Below are positions 37,723 through 52,289 of a stretch of DNA of 64,000 nucleotides, one piece after another. Where the stretch lies: positions 62,930,001 through 62,994,000 of the forward strand of contig OX597814.1 of assembly GCA_951406725.2 (NCBI GenBank). Direction: 5' to 3'. The stretch's first letter is position 1. Every line of letters begins with the position of its first letter. The DNA comes from Octopus vulgaris. Its lineage: Eukaryota. The notes beneath the pieces are model-generated. The model worked only from the letters and a program-made list of their open reading frames with translations, made no database searches and was not told the origin of the DNA. A program made the translations under genes and the position numbers.

Positions 37723-39044
37723 TACACACGCAATAATAATTTCAAATTTCAAATTTTTGCCACAAGGGTAGCTTGAGGGAGGGGATTAAGTCGAGTACAT
37801 CAGCCACAGTGCGTAACTGGTACTTATTTAATCGACCCCGAAAGGACGAAAAGCAAAGTCGACCTCGGCGGAATTTGAACTCAGAACGTAGCGACGAGTG
37901 AAATAGCATTTCGCCCTGTGCGCTATCGATTCTGCCAGCTCGCCGCCTTAACAACAACCATAATAATAATAATGGTAATAATCCTTTCTACTATAAGCAC
38001 AAAGTCTTAAATTTGTTGGGAGGGGTCAAGTCGATTACATCGACCCCAGTACTGAACTGGTACTTAATTATTCGATCTCGAAAGGATGAAAGGCAAAGTC
38101 GACCTCGGCGGAATTTGAACTCAGAACATAAAGACGGAAGAAATGCCTCTAAGCGCTTTTCTTCGGAATGCTAACGATTCTGCCAGCTCGAAACAATAAT
38201 AATAATGATAGTACATAAACAAATAAATAAATCAGTTGGCAATTGGTGAAGTGGGAGTAAAAGGGAAAACAAGAATCTAAATTTCAAAAGGAGCAAATTC
38301 ACTAACTTACTTAAAAGCAAATGAAATAAATGATAAAAAGAAATATTATGCTTATCGAATTGACATGTAAAAAATCTTATTTCTTTCATGCTTGAAGGAG
38401 AATGTAATTAAAGAAACAACAGCAAAGACAAAATGAATAAATAAAAAAGAAGAAAAGAAAAAATACTTGGTGATAATAAAATCTTTCCAGTGTCTCACTG
38501 TGAACAGGAGCAGTGGAGCTGGGTAAATGACAAATGGGATAATGAGCAACGAAACTTTTTCATGGTAGATAATAGACAATATCATTTACAACAAATAGAT
38601 TAACTGCAGCTAAAAGGGATCTTCTAAGATGTTTTTCTAATTTGATTTAACGCACAATCTCAGTCTAAATTGGTCCGTTTTTACATACATGCATTCATTC
38701 ATACATACATACATACATACATACATACATACATACATACATACATACATACATACATACATAATGCACTCACATACACACACACATATAAATATTGATT
38801 TCAGATTTTGGCACAAGGCCAGAGGAGGTAAATCGATTGCATCGACACTAGTGTTCAACTGGTACTTATTTTATCGATCTCGAAGGGATGAAAGGCAAAG
38901 TTAACCTTGGCCGAATTTGAACTCAGAACGTAATGAAGAACGAAGTGCTGCTAAGCATTTTGTGCTAATGGTTTTTATAAAGACACACACACACACACAC
39001 AGACACAAGTCACACACACACACACAGACACACACACACACACA

Positions 39045-39085
<41 letters not shown>

Positions 39086-39600
39086 TTAGCTTTTTAAAAA
39101 ACAAATCTTTTGCTTAGTTAGTATGTCTGGGTTTTGGTAAATCCCCTCCTCATAAAGTCTCACATGCAGCAATGTTCTAACATCCACAAACCATTCAAAA
39201 GAGGTGTCTCTCACGCCTGGTACTTTTGTTTCACGACCTCCTCCAGCAACTCTGAAACGTTTCTTTGGATTTTTTTCAGCGCTGTCAAGTTCACCTTTCA
39301 AATATTTCTCATAACAGTGTTTGGCTACTTTAACAGCATAATCAAAGAGTCGGTCAGAGGTTTTGACACCGGCCAAATTCAAGTGAGACAAACGAGCTGC
39401 TTTGGCGAGATATCCCTGTTTCGGGGTATCTGGGACATGGCGTTTCCTTTTAGCATCCCAATGAGTTTTCTCTTCTATTCCCTCTAATACAGAATCATAC
39501 TCTTCTTTGCATTTGTTCACGATAGCAATTGCTTGCTTTTTTGTTATAGAATAATTTCCATACGTTGCACTAATCTTTTCTCTGCCATGATGTTATGAAA
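39086..39600 (-). mobile_element. pogo/Tigger-like transposase N-terminal fragment; terminus with subterminal repeats possibly at 40620-40770
   Basis: KKRFRVAGGGR...FEWFVDVR (CENP-B-type HTH start); three AAATTAATAAGNGGGG-like repeats before CCCAGAGTA. Confidence 0.55.
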
Positions 39601-41352
39601 AAAAGTTCAAAGAGAAATTACTCGAGTCGTGTTGAGTTGTTAAATCCTTATTCCGTTTAAAAACTTATCCTGTAAGGATAAAGGGTTCGTTATTGAAGTT
39701 CTTAGTTTGCGTGAATTTGTGTTGGTGATTGCTAGAGAAATCGTAGAGAAATTGAACATGAAGACTTGTTGACTTCAGCGTGGAGTAGCAGTAAGCTACC
39801 AAGTATACTATAGACTGTGCAATTGTCCAATTTCAAGTTTTTATAAACTCTGGCTGGTTGTAAAGTAATTTCCTCGTTTTCTGTCCTGAAGCAGGTGTGT
39901 TGTGTCTAAATGATTGATCTTAGGGTTGAAGGTTATCAATGCCCTAAAATGTTGAAGGCACACCCACATAATCGTTGGCTACATATACTGCGGATAAATA
40001 TTTTTCTTCCATGCGTTATGAAAACAAATAGAATACTCCAGGTTTTCTTTCCATTCGTCATCAGTTTTTTTTTTCTGTCATGCTGATTCGCAATTTGTGT
40101 CAGTCAAAATAATAATGATTTTCTCAGAGTTTGTTGTTTTGTAGTAGTAACGGGAGTCAATTTAACTGACTTTCCCTTTCCCTTTAAATTGCTGGCCTTG
40201 TGCCTAAGCATCGGACAACGTGCCTTACAGCGTAGAGTTATGGCCCATTACATTCTGAATTCAATCCCGCTGAGTTTAGCTTTACCTTCCATTCCTACGG
40301 GGTCGATGAAATAAAGCACCAGTAATATACTGGCCCACTTTAATCCACTTGTCCCTCCCCACAAATTGTCGGCCTTGTGTCTAAATGAGAAATCATTATT
40401 TAAAATTTTCTAGGCTGTCACCTTTGATATTTTTCTAAAACCAGAATTAGTTATTTAGTTTATATGTTCTATTTATTTTATAACATATAGTATTACTTGT
40501 AATGTTCTTTTTGTTAATGTTACATATATATATATATATGTAAAATAGAATTATCAGATTCTCCAGCTATTGTATCAATATGAATAGCTTACAATAAAAT
40601 TTCACCGGAGAGAGATTAGTAAAATTTAATAAGTGGGGAGGGTTAGAATAAAAGCGGGGAGATCTTAAAAATTAATAAGGGGAGGAAAGCGTGGCGGGGT
40701 GACGGTGGTGGTGGACAAAATCTGTAAAATTAATAAGCGGGGTGGGGGGCATTATTCAAGGCCCCAGAGTATGTATTTATTGCTTTAACACACATTCTAT
40801 CTCATTAACATGAAGTACGGTAAGCTGCATAACAGCGTTATAGTTTAGCTTGCCATTAAAAACTGTGCAATGTTCATGTGAATAAAAAGTCTGCCTTATC
40901 TCGTATATATATATATATGTATGTATGTAGAAGGTAGAAATGGAACACACGAGCTGATATATATGGAAAAAAAGCCAAAGTAGAAAATGCTAAAATAATT
41001 TTATAAAATATATTTTAGTAGCGGCTTCAGTCATTGAGACTTTTTCAACTGTAGGTATGGAAGACAATTACATTTTGGAAAAATTAAAAGAAAAGGTTTT
41101 TAAAAGAATATTTGCATAGTATTCAAATACAAGGGGCATTTCCTTGTTTCTGCCTGTCTCTGTCTTTGTCCCCCATCCCTGCTTGACAACCGGTGTTTAT
41201 GTGTTTATGTACCCGTAATTAAGAGGTTCGTCAAAAGAGACCGATAGAATAAGTACTAGGGTCGACTTGTTCGACATAATATCCTTCAAGGCGGTGCTCC
41301 AGCATGGCCACAATCAAATGACTGAAATAAGTAAAGCAATAAAATACTAAAA

Positions 41353-41421
<69 letters not shown>

Positions 41422-41424
<3 letters not shown>

Positions 41425-42671
41425 GGTGCGTAAGGTGCTTGAGGACATATTTATGTTTATAAAAACAGATATATAATAACAGAAAATAAATTTATCAAAA
41501 AATGCCATGAGAATAAAAATAAACCTTCTTTTCTATAATGTTATACAATAAAGCCACCTTCAGTTTCAATAACTGCTTCTAAATGAGATCTAAATCATCT
41601 ACATGTTCGAAACAAGTGGTCGTGGATAATTTTGGACATTACTCTGACTATGGAAGCTTTCAAAGAATCTTTGGTGTTATGGGCGTATTCATTGACTTCT
41701 CTCTCAACAACGCTTCACATGTAATAGTCCAATGGATTGAGATCTGGAGAATTAGGAGGCCAAATGTTAGGAGTTATGTGAGCATGAAGATTTTCGGCCA
41801 TACATTCCTGTGTTACTAGGGCCATGAGTGATAGTGCAGAGTCTTACTGAAACGCACGGCCTTCCATCGCATACACTGTCTATCCAGGGCTTAACAATTA
41901 TCTCCAGGACCTTAATGTAGGCGGCAGAGTTATCTCTAAGGCTTTGTGGAAAGAAGTAAGGAGGCATCACATGTCCTCCATTGCTGAGTACCTCTAAACT
42001 ATGACAATTGCAGGAAATTTTGTATGCATAACACTTGGAACTTCAGAAGGATTTGCACATAACCATGTGTCATTTCTTCTGTTAACTTTTTCGAACTTGG
42101 TCGAAGTTTTTCTCGTTTGAGAAAAACCAAATCTTCTGATGGATTTTTCAGTTTGTTTAAGAGCCTTTCAGATTTGATATAAAGAGTTTCTTTTGCTTTT
42201 TCTGACAAATTGACCATTCCTCATCATATGAGACTTATATCTGATGTATTCGTGGACAACATTTCTGATTGTTCCTTCTGACACATGGAGATACTTTGCA
42301 ATTGACCTCATGGACTTTCTGGGTTTGTAATCAATGGTCTGTTGAACTTGCTGGATAAATTCAGGTGTTCTGATGACTTCAGAGCGTTTAGAATGCGTAT
42401 TATACTTTGATACTGGTGATACGTTTTCATCTTCAGTCTGTAGCTCCTGACAAACTTTATAGGCGTAAGATCTGGCAATTTTTAAAAAATCGAGATATTT
42501 CTAAATCGCTATGCTCCGCATTTATAACCCCAATAACAACATACCTCTTCATTTATTGAGTAAACTGAGGGTCTGCCATTATTATCTTCTGAAACAAAGA
42601 TTATACAGGGTTAGCAAAAAATGCAGCAATGACCCCCCAAAGCTATGTCCTCAAATACCTCAAACACCCTG
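41422..42671 (-). mobile_element. maT/DD37D-like Tc1-mariner transposon, full length but decayed
   Basis: TIRs CAGGGTG...TTGAGGACATA / TATGTCCTCAA...CACCCTG in TA context; WPPNSPDLNPLDYY motif. Confidence 0.85.
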
Positions 42672-43329
42672 TATATATATATACAGGGATATACATAGAC
42701 AGATAAAAACCCATCAATTATACCTAATGATTTTGGAGCCATTAAGTACATGTCCTTGCTCAAAATTGCCCAAGAGGTTTGTACTTCCTGGAATAAAGTC
42801 ATTAACCATCTAAAGGTATTAGTAAAATAAGCATATAATTAAATCATACGTATGATATGCCATAAAACTGGAAAAAAGACTATTTGAAGTTATAGTTTGT
42901 TGGCAACCGTCGTCTCTTTTAATTTCCTTTCTTTCATAAACGAGTGGATTCCCACACTACTACTACTACAACTGCTGCTGCTGCTGCTGCCGTCCATGCT
43001 GCTGCTGCTGCTGATGATGATGACTACGCGTCGAGTTATGTTGGGTTAAACGGTGAGGAATCACTGCTGTTTCTTTTGTTACTGCAATGGGTTTAGCGTT
43101 AATGATTTTGCCTAGGGTAAGATTTGAGTTGAGCACAGTAACTAGCTCTCATTGGATTATTCAAAGTGCCTTTGCCTACTCTTATCAAAGACGCAACGTA
43201 CACATTTTACGTAGGAGTAAAGAAAGACTGCTTATGAAAATATTCTTGGCACTTCATACTGTTTTTCCTTAGTTTGCTTTGATAGCGGAAGTCGGAACAA
43301 ACATTTAGCCTGCTTAAGTTTTCACAATC

Positions 43330-45060
43330 TACGCAGTGCTATTTCTGTTCTTTTATTAATTTTGAACATGATAGAGTTGGTTCGCAAAGCTTGTTCTTGT
43401 TCAGAAAGGATCAAGCTTTCTGCCTCCTTCTTTAAAGATCCATGTCCTAATCAGCTACATTCTGGTGTTAGACAAATTCTCCGTATAGGACTTTCTTCTA
43501 GTTACTGATCTTTTCATAAAGCCTTATTTTTGTACTCCTGAACACTTTTTGTACTCATTAATTGCAGCCAGTAAAATCTGTTCCCTCACTCTCCCTAAGA
43601 TAGGTATGCAATGACTTGCTTTCCCTCAGACTCTCCTCTATTGCAATCAATCCATTTCCTCCATCCTTCCTTGGTAGATAAAGACTTGCTTCATTACTTC
43701 TAGTATGAAGGTATCTGTGTATCGCTATTTTCTACTTCTTCTGTCCATGGTGACCAGTTCCTCTTTCGTCTATTCAAACACTCTCCTACTTTAGCAGACC
43801 GTACCTATGGCCCACACGTTAGTGCCTCTGATTAGATTGTTTTTATTCACTTTGGATCGACACAGCTTCTTCACTCTTGTATGTTTTCTGATATGATATT
43901 GTCCTTCTTCCTTGTGGTCATCGTCTAGTCTAACTGTAAAATACTACGGTACACATTTCTCTCTGTTTCAGCTTATTGTCCGGAAGTGCTGCTTTATTAC
44001 TGTTTCCGTTCTCCTATCATTTATCGGTCAACGCTCTTTACTAGACCATTCGGCATACGGACAGTTTGTGAGAAAATGATCTCTGCTAGCTCCATAAAGT
44101 TTCAAATTGTTCTCGGACAGTGTGTGGTCAATCGGTCTCATGTTCTTTTGCAGTTTGTAATCATCTCTCCTCTTCTGGACAGCCAGTATCAGTGGCAACA
44201 TGGTAACAATAAACATCAACAATGACAAGGTATCTCCTTGAAAGATTCCCATTCTCATGTTGACCTGACCAAGATCACTCCCTCCTGCTCTCTGTCGGAA
44301 CTACATTCCAATTCTTCAGTCTGATGTTGATTAAAGGTATCTTGTTTTAGCTGCCTTAGCCAATACAATTCATTTCAAAATCCATGAATAAGGCATCATG
44401 TCATACATGTTCTTGCGATCAATCCAGGCCATTGGCAAGTCTATCAACTTTCTCCAGCAGTTCTTTAAAATTACCTTATTTACAAGAAACTGATACTTTG
44501 TTATTCATGATCCTTTTACGCAGCCCTTCTTTTCATTAGCTTGTAGTTGATTTCTTTCATGGTTCACATATAGTTTTTCGCTCTTTATTCAACGAGGAGT
44601 TTCCACATCATGGGTAAGCAAGCGACTGGCCCGTAGTTATTAGCCTTATCACCCTTAACTGGATTTTTTGAATCAGCAATACTCTCCCTTTCCTCATCAA
44701 CTGTGTTAGAATTCCTGACACACATAGTTTTGTGGGACCTGTTGTAGCTTAGGATGTAACTTTGTTTATCTTTTGAACTAAATACATTAAACTGGGTTAG
44801 TGCCAGCTGTCTTCCAGTCAGTCATCTTACTAACTCCAGTTCATATATCCTCCTTCATGATGGTAATGATCACGCGCATCCCTGTGTCATTCAATTCCTG
44901 TTCTATTTCTTCAAGTCAAGTTGTCTTCTCATTGTGTCTAACTTCTTATCAGATCTTGTTCCAAAACGAATTTGATTCTGTGGGATCAGGCAACAGCTCT
45001 TTCTCGTTTCCCACCATCCAGAGTTCCGCAGAACAGTTGATTTTGTTTGAATTGTAGGTA
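43330..45060 (-). mobile_element. R4-like retrotransposon RT region, decayed
   Basis: NYGPVACLP, WIDxxxMYDxxPYSW, GIFQGDTLSLLMF and LYLPRKDGGNGLI motifs. Confidence 0.8.
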
Positions 45061-46328
45061 CATTCCTCGCGTCCCTGGTTTTATTCTTTTATTTTAATAC
45101 ATCAGAGTAATACAAAATCCGATTGTGCTTTTGATCTTTGTTTTTCAAACCTTTTCCCTTACATTGTCCTTATTTCATTCTTTATATTATACTACTGTCT
45201 CCTTATATGCGAAGAAAGGCTTACTATACTTACAAGTTTTCCGTTGCTTGATTTTAAGTAACTTTTCCAATCTTATTGGTGTTATTTCGCATTAATTCCC
45301 TCTCTGTATCAGATCACGTTCTTCTTTTGTATAAGATACTCATGTTGGATCTACAGAAGCTGTGCTGTATGTTTGTTATTTTGTACAATCATTGTATCAG
45401 TGTAATTTTGTGTCAATGTAATTTTCATTGTCCCTGCGTTCTCTTCTGAATTTCTTTTCTTTTGGACGTTTACTTTAGGAAACGTTGTTTAGTTTTAACT
45501 TTTTAAGAGGATATGAACTAAAAGACTCTTCATCGTTTTGTCATCGTAAAGAACTCTCAGTACCGAACTAGTCGTTTATATTTTGCTCATTGATTTATTA
45601 TCAGCTACTATGTAGAATATGCTCTGACATGTATTTTAATTTAAAATTGTTAAACGTGTTTTTGTATTTATATGTTAGTTTTATTTTATTTGTTTCGTGC
45701 GTGAAATATGATGTTACAAATAAGAGTTGTGCTCACTTATTTTATTGTTCCCTGTTGATTTATTGAATTCAACAGATCTCTCGTGCGAGCTGACACACAT
45801 GTTGCACTTATTGCTCTCACATGATATATGTGAAAATCACAATAATATAAATGTATATTTGCTTACATGCTGCATACATCCATAATGCTTGCAGTATCAA
45901 GTCACGCTGTGTATATTTGTAAATAGTGAGGTTTGGGCAATGTGTTTGTTTACTTATCTTATTTACATGTCACTTATTATTTCTGTGTTCAGCCGACACA
46001 TTCGGGTTATCTTTATTTTCAGAACTTTGTGCCTCTCAAATTCTACATTTCTTCGAGAGATGCATTATAAACTATTGGGACTAGTAGTTCTGTAAGGAGG
46101 CAATTTCTCCCTCGATGATCAATTATATTTGATTACTTTATGACTGTATTAACACATCTAGAGTATGATTACTTGTTTATTCTTTGTGAGATTTTCTGTT
46201 GTATACTTGCACTAAAATTTATGGTTGGGAAGCAAGTGTTTTACCACCATAGCCACACCTGCATCTATATATATGTGTGTGTGGAAGTGTTGTGTGTGTA
46301 TGCATGTATACATGTACTATATATATAG

Positions 46329-46367
<39 letters not shown>

Positions 46368-47099
46368 ATATATATATATATATGTGTTATGTATGTATAT
46401 ATGTATGTCGTGTCTATTTAATTTTTTTTATTTTCTGTTTTATTTGTGACACTTACGGAATAAAGCTGTCTTAGGAAATATATTATCATTATTTTCATCA
46501 TCAACTGGTGTAATTGTTTGTACCTACTGTTTTCCAGTCATGTCATGTTTTCCACGTATTTCTTACTTGGGAAACAAGTTCGAAGAACATATTCCTCTTT
46601 TATACTGGTTGGGTTTTACTTGCAACATATATCATTTTCTGTGTGGATCGATAGAATAGGTTTGATGATAAAATGAACCGTAGTTTATACTCTTATGGTG
46701 TCACCAAATACTATGAACAGTAACAATCCTTCTATTTCAGATGTACTAAACAATTAATTTTACTAGAATTAGTTACGAAGTTATCTTTCAACATTCTCAT
46801 TAAATTTCCAGTTTGATTTCTTGTTTTTAAGTCATTGTTACTGGATATTTTTTGGAGCACTAAAGCAACTTTCTCTCATATTAACATAGTTGTAGAATCG
46901 TTAGAACGTCGGTAAAATACCTTACTGTATTTATTCCAGTTCTTTGTGTTTTGCATTCAAATCCCACTTTGATTTTTTCGTCAGTTAGAGATCAATAAAA
47001 TAGAGAATAAGTTAATAAGTTAATAAGGGATTGATTCAATTCACTACCTCGCTCCACTACAAATTCCAGGCCTTCTGCCTAAATTTGAAATAATTATTA

Positions 47100-47615
47100 T
47101 TGAGGGAGAGAGCAGTGCATGCCATCAAAATGACACTGGGGTACAAATATACGAAGCTCAGTATACCCATCATGACTACCCGTTTGATAAGGTTACACCA
47201 GGCACATGCATCACAACCACATGTGTGTGATAAACAGTGCATGATTTTGCAGGTGGGGGGGGGGACCAGTTTGACTTTTATTCAGGTCGAGTAATTTATC
47301 CCACTCAAAATGTCACTGAATAAGGTTTGTTTAAGGATGATGAACGAAACATATTTCCAGAGATGAGATATTCAACCTCCCCAACACATTCCTCTCAACA
47401 CATGGCTATGGTGTTCCCCCACTACTTCTGCTTGTGATCAGAGATGCGCATATCGTCAGCCACTAAGGGACATGCTCAACTGGTTAATGTCAAACAACTG
47501 ACAAGCAACTGTAGCCCATCTCTTATACCAAGGCAAAAAAAAAATGTACGTGATAACACTTCCAATCAGTCAAGATCAGAACCCATGAAAGCAACTGCCT
47601 GGTACTGCATCAGGG
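47100..47615 (+). mobile_element. Non-autonomous retroelement with (TTA)n tail (second copy at 59672-60040, minus strand)
   Basis: Shared sequence (both translate to ISSATKGH.QL); each ends ...TACTGCATCAGGG next to (TTA)n. Confidence 0.7.
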
Positions 47616-48020
47616 AATTTATTATTATTATTATTATTATTATTGTTGTTGTTGTTGTTGTAGTAGTAGTTGTTGTTGTTGTTAAGGCAGACTCGTTACC
47701 TTGCCGAGTAAAATGCTTCGCGGCATTTCGTTTGACTTCACGTTCTGAGATCGACTTTGATTTTCAACCTTCTGGATCGATAAAATAAGTACCAGTTGAG
47801 TACTGGGATCGAATCAATCGACTGTCTCCCTCCTCAATTTTCAGTCTATAATAGAAAGGATTATCATTATCATCCTTATTATTGTTGTTCTTCATATTAT
47901 TATTATTGCTATTATTATTGTTGTTGCTGTTGATATTGTTGTAATTGTTGTATACTGCGTAGATAGTAATATTCTCATACAAATATTCTTAAATAAAAAT
48001 TATAAACCAACATTTCACAG

Positions 48021-48097
48021 GTCCTTTTGAAAGACGATCAACATAAAGATTAGGAGAAAGCATGGATGAACTGCAAGCAGAATCGATCGGTCAAAGA
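48021..48097 (+). other. Candidate host exon carrying a start codon (MDELQAESIGQR)
   Basis: TTTCACAG acceptor, ATG at 48062 and GTAGGT donor at 48098, in non-repetitive sequence. Confidence 0.3.
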
Positions 48098-48179
48098 GTA
48101 GGTATTCTACTATTCGTCATATCGTGTACGTCGAACTGATATTAGTGTTAAATTTTATCTCCTTATGACCACACATACA

Positions 48180-48247
<68 letters not shown>

Positions 48248-50069
48248 GTAACCTGGAATACATTATCCATTGTCACATTGTTTTAGACTGTAGGGTGCGG
48301 TCTGGGAGAGATTTGGTTTCTATTTTTAACCAGACACAGAAACTATCTCTTTGGCTAGTAGTCTTTGAGTATTTACGAAAGGAAAGAAATTCCGAACATA
48401 ATGCTATTCTGAAGTGAATGGGGTTAACATATAAAACTAATTTGATAATATTATCTTGGCTCTACAACCCTTATTGAGTCCTTAATTCAGTGTTTCTCAT
48501 AAATCTATAGAATAAGTGATATACATTATATTTTCAAACACGTTCAACTTTGCCAAAACTTCCTGGATCAAAACAATTCGAGCACTTTAAATATATCTAT
48601 ATTCCAAACTGTGTGGATGAACAAATAGGGTTTCTGGGATCAGTATTCATGCGGCCTACCACAAAGAATTTCACACGTAACTAATAGGCATTTCACCACT
48701 TATCATTTTGGCTAAGGCGATGTAAGAAGCAATTCCCAATGTATAAAGATAGGTTGTCATTTTGCTGTTACGGATGAAATAACTAATTCAGTGAAAACAA
48801 GCATAAGAGTATAATCTATCATTGTATCTTTGGATGAGATAAAAAAATGTAGACTGTATACTAAGACTCTGTAACCACAGTACAGGTGCGGTTAAGGAAT
48901 TCCGCTTTGAAATTAGAGGAGATAATGTACTAATGAGCATAAAGGAGGCTTTAGGTAGTCTTGCGTTTATTTATGAAAATATCAAAAATGGAGTGAGTCC
49001 AAAGCAAAGTAGGTTAATACACGGAATAACTGGTATCAGTAAGAGTGATTTAGCATGAATGAATGATTAAGGTGTTATCAATATGGCCTTTTTCTTTAGC
49101 TCTTATCACCATTTAGGTGTATCATATCATTAACATGAGTGAAGGGAATGGAAAAGTGTGCAGAAAAGGTCCTAGAAATGTATTTTAGTATCCTGACAGA
49201 CTTTACATAAACTAGTCTGTATAGAATAACTACAAACTCCAGGTGCCATTTACGTGATTGATAAATGAGCCAAAGCCCACTGTGACATCATGGCACGTGG
49301 ATTTTGTTGATGTGCTGTCTAGGCAATTATTTTGAAAAGAAAGGAATGAAGTGTAAGAAAGATGTTGTGGTGGTAGTGTCCAAGCTGGAAGTGAACCAGC
49401 GATCAGAGCTGTGCAGAACACATTTGTTGGACTAGGATGGATGAAGTATAAAAAGACATATCGTCAGAATAACGAAAATACACATTCAGAATACTTTAAA
49501 AAAAAAAATTTTTATCTGCGAAACACGAACTTAGTTTTTGACCAACTAATGCAGTAGTATTAGTTACAAACTTGCCTCTTATATACATTACCTAGCTTTG
49601 TACATAGTGTTTGAATGCACAACAAATACTACATATATATATTTGTCTGATCAGCTACTCTTTCAAATTTGGATATAATTCTCCGGTCCACATCTTTCGG
49701 TTTCTCTCCGTCCGCCCGCAACGATTAAACTTTGAAAGCCAGCCATATTTGTGAATTAAAAGGTAAACATTTACCTTACAATCTCAAGTGGAAAATATCC
49801 AAATCAAAACCTATTCTGGAAATGAGAAACCTTGTAATATTTGCACTACTGAGTGGATTTAGTGAAGTGGTCAAAAATGCAATGCTTAAGACATTTTGAA
49901 AGTCTTACAAATTCAAGACTTTTAAAATTTAAAAAAATATTTTCAAATAATTAACTACGCATGTAAACAATATCATTCTATACATATCTTTATTCCACTT
50001 TATTTTCAAATTTACATTTTCGCTTACAATATTTAGGAACTTCATTTATTTACAAAGGTAGTTTAATTC

Positions 50070-51800
50070 TACTGTATTTCGGGATGGTGGAAATACAACA
50101 ATATCTGTTTCAACACACAGTTTCACATCAGGAATCTTGCAACACAAATTCATAAATATAGTTTAATTCATTTTTTAATAATTATAACTACCTGATTACA
50201 TAACCCCAAATCACAATACGTCCTTATTCCACATGATTTTCATATTCACATCTCTTTTCACAATATATCTAACTTAATTTATCCACTAATTTAGCTTGAT
50301 TCAAAAAATAAATTCACTTTCTTAATCATTCTATTTTCACTGGTTAACCTAAATTCCCTTAATTTTTTTTTATTTCGTTTATTTTCAGATTTATATCTCC
50401 ACTTATAGTATTAATATCTTCATTTAGCAACAACTTTTGTTTGATTCCAATTGTAGATTCATTTCATTTGTACTTTTTATCCTCTATTATTGATTAATAA
50501 CAAACTCTAGACAATGATATGTGTTTTAAATACAGTCACATGTATAGATTCTAATATTCAATTAATCCAATACATTTACATTTATAGTGCGTAACTTAGT
50601 CTTAAAATAATTTAGTATGATAAAATTAGTAATTGATTATAATATCTTCGTAGATACTCTTGTAGATTTAAAGTAATTATGTTCCACATCACCACTTAAT
50701 ATTCTCTGTATTATTATTTCTAATACACAAGCTTAGATTGATATTCCTTGTTAATACTACTTTAAAACACAAATTCAATAAAGCTTTTGATTTCAATTAA
50801 CATTGTATGAATATGGCGTGCTGGCAGAAATGTTAGCATGCGGGCGAAATGTTTAGCGGTATTTCGTCTGTCTTTACGTTCTGAGTTCAAATTCCGCCGT
50901 GTCGACTTTGCCTTTCATCCTTTCGGAGTCGATAAATTATGTACCAGTTGCGTACTGAGGTGGATATTATCGACAGGCCCACTCCCTTAAAATTTGTGCT
51001 TAGAGTAGAAAAGAATTAACATTGTATGATAAATATTAACCTTAAATTTTGGAATCATTATTGTCTGTTCTATATTTGATAGTCTGCTGTTTATATTACA
51101 TATCTTTGCGGTTTTATATTAAAGAAATCAATACTTTAACTCAAATATTAAATAATTATTTTTTAAATGTCTTTTGAAATCATTACTCTTATACGTTTAA
51201 ATTAATACACTACATCTGCTCTTATCAATACACTACAATCTATAGTGTATACGGTTATTCTGACTTTCTCAGCTGATACACTTTCAAGACACCTCTAAAT
51301 TCCTTAACGTTTTTATTTGAATTATGCAACATTGTCTCATGGTCCAAGTAGTATAAATAAATATCAAAAATCAATATTTTTTTTCAGTTTCCTTATACTT
51401 GCTTAATCAATAGTTTCTAATCACTGCATCAGATATACTAATTTCATTTAAATTCTTTAATCAATTTCCCCTCTTCTCTCGCCCAAAACTATTTTCTCAT
51501 TATAGCCTTTACTGCAACGAAAAACGGATTTGTAATTTGTTACCTTTTTAGCAAAACTGTTTTAAAATTATATACAAACCTCCAAGTTGAAGCTTTCCGT
51601 TATTTGCTCCTCCAGCATCCACCGATATTTTTTTGGTGTCTTGTACACAAATTTTGTTCTTATACAGCATTTGCTTATCCACTATATGTTTATGTATTCT
51701 CAAACTATCCTTAATTAAATAACTCTCTGAATATTTTTAAATGAAACAGACAACTATGCGTTAAAGTCACTATTCTTGAATAAATATTTAAACTGCATCA
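50070..51800 (-). mobile_element. Highly decayed Penelope-like element (RT thumb to GIY-YIG) with terminal repeat shared with 24388-24465
   Basis: KSCGIRTYCDL and RNINLSLC remnants. The terminal ATATCTGTTTCAACACACA...CACATCAGGAA...GCAACACAAATTCAT is also present at 24.4 kb. Confidence 0.4.
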
Positions 51801-52289
51801 CTTAGTAGTTAATAATTTTATTCCGTTAAAAATACCTGTGCTTCACAAGAGATATTTTAAGTTACAAAGACATGATATAACATGAAGATGCAATTAACTT
51901 ATCGATAAACAAACATTAACTATTTTTTGCATAGGGCAGAAAATTTCATCAAAAGAATGTTCACATTTCCGTGATTAATCCAGGATCTAAACTCAATCAT
52001 AAGTTCGGATAAAGGTCCACTGATAATTAGACTGCAAGCTCCTACATTTCAACAACTCTGTCTACGGATAACAAGTATCTGAGGTACGCGTTATACAAGA
52101 TAGTCAACTGAAGTATTTGTTAAAACCGATAACTTGTATATACTGTATAAAGCAGAACGACATTTCAAAGGTTATTTTTTTCCGATTCTGTGATTAAATA
52201 TTCATAAAAATCCAAAATACCCCTTAAACTAGGACACTCTAAACGAAATCAAGACTTGTGAAATAAATTTATCTCTGACATATCAGGTT

